A stretch of DNA of 64,000 bases from Candidatus Thorarchaeota archaeon (GTDB lineage Archaea; Asgardarchaeota; Thorarchaeia; Thorarchaeales; Thorarchaeaceae), in NCBI GenBank assembly GCA_020348985.1, contig CP070761.1:883613-947612 (forward strand), in the 5' to 3' direction. Under the pieces are notes generated by a model. The model saw only the letters and a program-made list of their open reading frames with translations, made no database searches and was not told where the DNA came from. The translations under genes and the position numbers were made by a program. Positions 58,556 to 64,000 of this stretch are shown one piece after another. The stretch's first letter is position 1, and every line of letters begins with the position of its first letter.

Positions 58556-59524
58556 TCAGATTCGCTTCATAACCAATTCCGAGAATGCCTTGGAAGAATC
58601 TATGTAGTCTTGACTAAGACCCATAAATACTACTTGAAAGAAATCAAAGCCTAGTCCGATGAGATACTCAAAACGTTCTGTAAGCTCCTCTGGGTACCCC
58701 ACCCATGACCCTGGGGCATGAGCATTGGCGTTCTCAATTGCCTTTTCCCTCGGCGTTCCAAGGATCTCAGAACGTCTTGTCCAATGAAGTTCGAGCTCTT
58801 CTTCGTCAGTGGAGACGAATACACCAGGCCATCCTTGTGCGAACAGACTCTTTCCAACTGAATCGTAATCTCTACCAATATCAGCACAGTGTTCTTTGAG
58901 GACATCCAGCTTGCGCTCAAGCTTGGGAGTTACGAAAAGATTGCAGTAGTCAGCATATTTCGCGACTGCCTTGAGAGTGCGCTTTTCCCCATCGCCACCA
59001 ATCAAAATGGGAGGATGAGGTTTTTGAATGGGTTTGGGAGCAGAGAAGGCATTCTCAATAGAGTAGTGTTTGCCCTTGTAAGTCGGAGACGGTTCAGTCC
59101 AGAGAAGCTTGATTATCTCAAGAGCTTCCTCCATCATATCCATACGTACCTGAACCTTTGGGAAGTCATATCCATAGGCCTTGTATTCGATCTTCTTCCA
59201 ACCAGCCCCGTATCCAAACCAGAGGCGGCCATTTGAAATCATATCGACAGACGCAGCTATCTTTGCTAGTAACGAAGGATGTCTGTAGGAATTACAGGTC
59301 ACGGTAGTCCCAAGTCTAATCGTTTCTGTTTCAGCAGCCAGTGCTGCAAGTAGGGTCCAAGCCTCAAGACAGTTCTGCTCCGCGGAGTTCTGATTGAGAA
59401 AGAGATGATCACTGCACCAAAACGATTCGTATCCAAGTCTCTCTGCTTCTTTCGCTATAGCTAATGCTTGAGAATATGTGTACCCCAACTGTGGTTCAAT
59501 ATGAACTCCAAACTTCACCTTCAT
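58556..59524 (-). CDS. LLM-class (probably F420-dependent) oxidoreductase
   Basis: WCSDH, EAWTLLAALA, RHPSLLAK, GAGW...EY.AYG, GGDGEKRTL. Start set at ATG 59524 because the longer ORF runs through the tRNA. Confidence 0.92.
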   Translation of the reverse strand: MKVKFGVHIEPQLGYTYSQALAIAKEAERLGYESFWCSDHLFLNQNSAEQNCLEAWTLLAALAAETETIRLGTTVTCNSYRHPSLLAKIAASVDMISNGRLWFGYGAGWKKIEYKAYGYDFPKVQVRMDMMEEALEIIKLLWTEPSPTYKGKHYSIENAFSAPKPIQKPHPPILIGGDGEKRTLKAVAKYADYCNLFVTPKLERKLDVLKEHCADIGRDYDSVGKSLFAQGWPGVFVSTDEEELELHWTRRSEILGTPREKAIENANAHAPGSWVGYPEELTERFEYLIGLGFDFFQVVFMGLSQDYIDSSKAFSELVMKRI

Positions 59525-59607
59525 TCTGCTCAGTCCTTTGACGATTGCCCTCAACATGTTCAACAGAAAACTGTAATGAACAACGCCAGGTAAGCGAAGA
59601 ATGAGAG

Positions 59608-59682
59608 TGGAGCCGGCCTTGGGATTTGCACCCAAGTAAAATGGATTTGCAGTCCATCGCGTAGCTGCTCCGCCAGACCGGC
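59608..59682 (-). tRNA. tRNA-Cys(GCA), intronless, CCA encoded
   Basis: GCCGGTC/GGCCGGC acceptor, ATGGA-CTGCAAA-TCCAT anticodon arm, TTGGG-TGCAAAT-CCCAA T arm, U73 discriminator, and TTTAAA about 28 nt upstream. Confidence 0.93.
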
Positions 59683-59979
59683 TTGCTGTCGACATCGAAG
59701 TCGTTTTGATTTAAAACGATATCGGCAAGAACTGCGTGCATTTCTCTGAATGTGTTGATTCCAACTATGAATCAACTAGATGTTTCATCATAGACTATCG
59801 TGTGCCATAAATCCTTCGTGATCATGCTTTGGAAGGGAATCAGATGGTCATGCTGGCCTCGTGTTTCATAGATCGAGCTGAGCGTAGATTGGTGTGCAGA
59901 TGCAATTCCTGGATATCATGCACGTCATTGAATGCAAAGAAAAGGTAGAATGGGAAGTCAGCCGACTTCCCATGGAATA

Positions 59980-62274
59980 TCATTTCTTCTTTCTCTTCCT
60001 GGGCTTAGCAGCAGCACTTGAGCCACGTTTTCTGCAAACGATGGCACCAATCGCGACCACGGCAAGAGCTCCAGCAACGATAATGAGGAGTGTCGTAGTA
60101 TCAATTGGGAATCCATCACCAGGAGGAGGTGTGGGGTCAGTCATCATGTAGACAATTTCATTCTGCCAGAGTTCAACGCTATCGGCATAAGTTGAGTCGT
60201 CCTCGTCAGTTCCAAAATTATCAATTATGATCGTATTGAAGAGAGTCTTTCTATCGTCACTAACTACAATGGTTGCAGAACCATTTTGTGCGGTTGCAGT
60301 TGTACCTGCAAGTGCAGAATGACCCTCAAAATAGACCACCGTATCACCATCATCTGCAAAGAAAGCATTAGATGTATAGTCATACATTGAATGATTATTC
60401 GGCTCTGTGAAGACAGGATGAGATGCCTCCCAGATGTACATTGATGGTTGACCTGACAGACTGGAACTCCACTCCACACCCATTTTTGACCACAAAGGAT
60501 GTGTTGGATGACTATCCACATCAAATGAAGTCAGTATTAATGAACCCCCAGTATTGACAAATGCATATAGCTCATCATAGATAGTGGATTCAGGGAAGTA
60601 ATTCACATTGTTATAGATTAGTAGACCCCAAGATTGTGAATCAACAAAGTCATCTAGATACTGACGTGTATTGAAAAGAGAGTACGAGAGCCCAAGATCT
60701 CTAAGTGCCTTACAGACAGCATCATTCCATCCTAGATAATCAGTATGCACAAGAATCTCAGCATCAGTTGATGATAACCAATTCAAGACATTCAATGCAA
60801 ACCGGACATTGGATTCTTCGCCCAAGAAGTCATTGTCAAAGATGTTCATATCTGCTGAGAGGATAGCTCTTCCTCGACCAAACTCTTCACCAGCTACTAC
60901 AATGTCTGTACCATCCATCCAAATCTCTGTTGCATTTCCGATTACGACGAGATAGTTTCTATATCCGATAGATAGTGAAGTACAACTCTCAAGTGTCAGA
61001 TGACCTCCTGAAGCAGGAGTCATTGATGCAAAGTCTAGGACGTCAGTTGTGCCCAGACTCATATCGAAATTCTGAAGTAGCTGATTCAGAAAGACATCTC
61101 CTGTGTCGCCACCAGACATGCCAGTCCTGTCACCCAGAACAAGCAGACTTCCGCCACCGGCCACCCAGTCTTCCACCGCAACACGTTCTGCTGCAGTGTA
61201 ATCCAAATCGGGCCAATTCACTACCAGAACGTCGTAATTTGCTAATCGCTCAGCAGTCAGATTACCAGTTGCTGATGGATAGAGTTTGTCAAACGTGTAT
61301 GAGTGATTGGCAGCCAAATTTCTGAATTGACCAAAGTTGTTGGTTGAACTCCATACGGTGATATATGGTACATCCCAAGGATCAATGCCTATTCGAGCAC
61401 TGTGACTAAGGTCAAAGACAATTCGACCCCTAGGTTTTGGAACTAGCCACTCAACAGAATCGAGGATTATACTCTCAAAATCCGCAGGAATTGATGATCC
61501 ATCCCCAGGCAGTTGAACAATGCGACCTCCATCCTTATGATTGTCAATCGCAAAGGCTGTTATGAAATCTGTTTTTGATGCATTATTCATAAGGAAAATC
61601 ATGTCATTCCCTCTGCCTTCGACGAGCTTGGGTTCCCACGATGTTGCCCATGAATTGGCTCTCTCATAGACAGTGTCGTTGACATGATAGGCTTTCATCG
61701 TCGGATGACGACTAGTAATGTTTTGACTGTCACTTGAGAAATAGCCCCACCATACACCATGTCCAAGGTCCTGGTCCAAACTATCAAAGATGTAACCACC
61801 ATACCAGAGGTAACTCACTGCACCATGGAACGTCAATAGACCCCCGCCACCAAGTGAGAATTCTTTCACAAGATGTTCGATGCTAGGTCTTGGAACGTTA
61901 TTCACCATTATGAAAACATCATAGTCTGCAGTTATCAAATCATGATTGAGAATGTCCTCTTCAGTCAGTGCTTCAACCGTATGTCCAGCTCCTTCCAGCA
62001 ACGTAGTGATTTCTGCAATATTATTTGTGAAATTAAGACCATCCGAGATCACTGGAACTGTGAGGTTATCCTCATCATAAATCGCAATTCTAGCATTGTG
62101 TGGTAATTGTGACAACAATGCTTGAGATTTGAACGGTCCATCGATATTTGCTAGAGCATCGTATCCTCCAAAGACAAACACCGGTGGAACGATTAGTAAA
62201 CTTGCTAGAAACATTCCTACAATAAGCATTGGCGCGACTCTTGTCAGTGCCTCCACCTCCCATTCTTCGCACAC
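59980..62274 (-). CDS. Membrane-anchored surface protein with three GATase-like (DUF4350/GIFT-type) domains
   Basis: Signal-like N-terminus, three (F/W)-x-x-x-GG-x-L-h modules, PTPPP linker, TM and basic tail. Start uncertain (62230-62274). Confidence 0.85.
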   Translation of the reverse strand: MCEEWEVEALTRVAPMLIVGMFLASLLIVPPVFVFGGYDALANIDGPFKSQALLSQLPHNARIAIYDEDNLTVPVISDGLNFTNNIAEITTLLEGAGHTVEALTEEDILNHDLITADYDVFIMVNNVPRPSIEHLVKEFSLGGGGLLTFHGAVSYLWYGGYIFDSLDQDLGHGVWWGYFSSDSQNITSRHPTMKAYHVNDTVYERANSWATSWEPKLVEGRGNDMIFLMNNASKTDFITAFAIDNHKDGGRIVQLPGDGSSIPADFESIILDSVEWLVPKPRGRIVFDLSHSARIGIDPWDVPYITVWSSTNNFGQFRNLAANHSYTFDKLYPSATGNLTAERLANYDVLVVNWPDLDYTAAERVAVEDWVAGGGSLLVLGDRTGMSGGDTGDVFLNQLLQNFDMSLGTTDVLDFASMTPASGGHLTLESCTSLSIGYRNYLVVIGNATEIWMDGTDIVVAGEEFGRGRAILSADMNIFDNDFLGEESNVRFALNVLNWLSSTDAEILVHTDYLGWNDAVCKALRDLGLSYSLFNTRQYLDDFVDSQSWGLLIYNNVNYFPESTIYDELYAFVNTGGSLILTSFDVDSHPTHPLWSKMGVEWSSSLSGQPSMYIWEASHPVFTEPNNHSMYDYTSNAFFADDGDTVVYFEGHSALAGTTATAQNGSATIVVSDDRKTLFNTIIIDNFGTDEDDSTYADSVELWQNEIVYMMTDPTPPPGDGFPIDTTTLLIIVAGALAVVAIGAIVCRKRGSSAAAKPRKRKKK

Positions 62275-62598
62275 TCCACAAATATAAATAATCTAGAAAA
62301 TCAGCAGTTTCACTCGCTCTGCTCAGACTTGAAGAGAAGACTGGGGAACTCATTTCTGATCTCTATTGGCAGGATTCTGTCTAGGTATTCGTCATCTCAT
62401 CTTTCGTCCTGATCTACTTTGTCTATCTCATGCAAGGATTGAAGATGTCGGCAACCAGTGGCATCCTAACCGATCTCTTCCTAACACGAGGTCTCTTGAC
62501 ACTTCACAGCATCTATCATCTCTCGGGGCAAGCGAGTAGGACTGTCAAATAGGAGGAGAATTCTGTCGATTTCCTATGATTGATCGAGTAGATGAAGT

Positions 62599-63441
62599 AT
62601 GAAGTATGGTATATACCCATATTGTTTCCTTTATGGAAATGGAAGTAAGGGAATAGACTTTCATGTAGACCTTGCGATGGCAGCAGAAGATGCGGGGTGG
62701 GATGGATTCTTCTTATGGGACCATGTCTGGGCATGCTGGGAAGGTACTATGGGAGTTGTAGATCCATGGATTGTAATGGCTGCTGTTGCTGCTAAGACAG
62801 AGGACATTAAGATAGGACCAATGGTTACTCCAATTCCACGAAGACGACCTTCCAAGCTGGCACGGGAAACTGTCTCGTTAGATCATCTCTCAAACGGTCG
62901 ATTAATCATGGGGGTAGGTCTTGGAGCTACACAGGAATTAGATCACTTTGGCGAAACCTCTGATCCAAAAGTACGAGCAAAGATGTTAGACGAAGGCCTC
63001 GAAGTCCTTACAGGTCTCTGGAGTGGTGAACCATTCTCTTTTGAGGGAGAATACTACCAGCAGAAGGAAGTGACATTTCTCCCAAAACCGATCCAGAAGA
63101 AGATACCAATCTGGGTTGCAGGCACCTGGCCAAAGAAAGCGCCTTTCAAGAGAGCAGCACGATATGATGGCGTATTTCCTCTTGCGGAAGGGGAAGACGG
63201 GCTGAGCATTGAGGGATACAAAGAGACAGTCTCAATCATAGAGAAGGAACGAGGTAATCTGATGAACTATGACATTGTGGTCTCAGGTTATACTACGGGC
63301 GATGACAAGAAAGCAGACTCTGAGAAGATTCAACTATGCGCTGATGTAGGAATGACTTGGTGGCTAGAGTATCTCATAGATTGGGGAGAGACTCCTAGAG
63401 GTATAATGAAACGAGTCAAGCAGGGACCACCTGAACTCTAG
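62599..63441 (+). CDS. LLM-class flavin-dependent oxidoreductase
   Basis: AEDAGWDGFFLWDH, DPW, RRRPSKLARE, LDHLSNGR. Confidence 0.92.
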   Translation: MKYGIYPYCFLYGNGSKGIDFHVDLAMAAEDAGWDGFFLWDHVWACWEGTMGVVDPWIVMAAVAAKTEDIKIGPMVTPIPRRRPSKLARETVSLDHLSNGRLIMGVGLGATQELDHFGETSDPKVRAKMLDEGLEVLTGLWSGEPFSFEGEYYQQKEVTFLPKPIQKKIPIWVAGTWPKKAPFKRAARYDGVFPLAEGEDGLSIEGYKETVSIIEKERGNLMNYDIVVSGYTTGDDKKADSEKIQLCADVGMTWWLEYLIDWGETPRGIMKRVKQGPPEL

Positions 63442-63476
63442 CGATTGTGCAGGAACTGAGGAAGGCTCTTACATAC

Positions 63477-64000
63477 TCAAGACGTGACTTTTCTGTTCAT
63501 GAACATATTCCGGAGTTTCGGATATCGTTTCGGTTTTGATAGTACGTCAGTAGAGTTGACAAACTGATCCACACCCCCAAGAAACTTCGGAAGTGACAGG
63601 ACCTCCTCATCTTGGATAGTTTCATAGATTGCATCTGCGAAATTATCAGCCCAAATGATTAGGAACGGTCGATTGTGAAAGTTCGACACCTTAGCTTTCA
63701 TGGGTTCTGTTATGCCGAGGTCATTATGCATACCAGCCACTATCTCATATGCTTTCACAAGGTGTTCCTGTCGGTCTTCCCATGAAGTTGCTTCAAATAC
63801 ACGCTCAAGGATTGGTGTCAAAACAGCTGCACTATTGAGCTGTGAAAAGGCCGTTCCAAACCATTTGATATACGGGGCATACTGCTTCTCCATCAAGAAA
63901 CAGAGCTTCATGATGTCGTATACCAGTCTAGAACCAACAACACGAGAGCCTAACTCATCTCCTACCTGCCCGCACCGTCCCATGAAGGGTTCTTCTTGAG
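63477..64000 (-). CDS. DUF4037-domain protein, C-terminal part (5' end outside the window)
   Basis: QEEPFMGR.G.VGDELGS..LCFLMEKQYAPY.KW.G.AF; the frame is open to the window edge. Confidence 0.8.
   Translation of the reverse strand, partial: QEEPFMGRCGQVGDELGSRVVGSRLVYDIMKLCFLMEKQYAPYIKWFGTAFSQLNSAAVLTPILERVFEATSWEDRQEHLVKAYEIVAGMHNDLGITEPMKAKVSNFHNRPFLIIWADNFADAIYETIQDEEVLSLPKFLGGVDQFVNSTDVLSKPKRYPKLRNMFMNRKVTS

Noticed and set aside
59525-59695. N-terminal extension of the LLM ORF
   Set aside because: It overlaps the tRNA-Cys gene, and family homology starts at MKVKFG (59524).
62350-62552. Possible membrane-gene remnant on the + strand (VFVISSFVLIYFVYLM...)
   Set aside because: No start context or homologue within the window to support it.

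Overview
Gene-dense archaeal chromosome segment, most likely from an Asgard archaeon of Thorarchaeia type. This is an inference from longin-GTPase fusions, the archaeal ACDS operon, a Sec11-type signal peptidase and frequent TTG/GTG starts. The core is a Wood-Ljungdahl energy island (17.9-33.6 kb): cooC-cdhABCDE-cooC, a fwdG-like and fwdB-like pair, an hdrA-mvhD fusion, an 8-cluster FwdF-type polyferredoxin, a fwdD-like gene and DUF3786. FwdB and FwdD appear to have lost their catalytic and pterin-binding residues. The strongest novelty candidate is a tandem pair of full-length paralogues (43.0-46.8 kb) with longin-GTPase-longin-2x winged-helix architecture, one with an intact small GTPase and one with a degenerate pseudo-GTPase. 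The ORF track misses a >650-aa repeat surface protein at the left edge, a candidate ~105-nt structured ncRNA (3958-4062), two small ORFs (one a Cys/His metal-binding peptide), a triple phased operator, a pseudogene, and an atypical tRNA-Cys with an att-like 37-bp duplication. No CRISPR array, rRNA, transposase or integrase was seen. All family assignments come from motif recognition by eye, not database searches.
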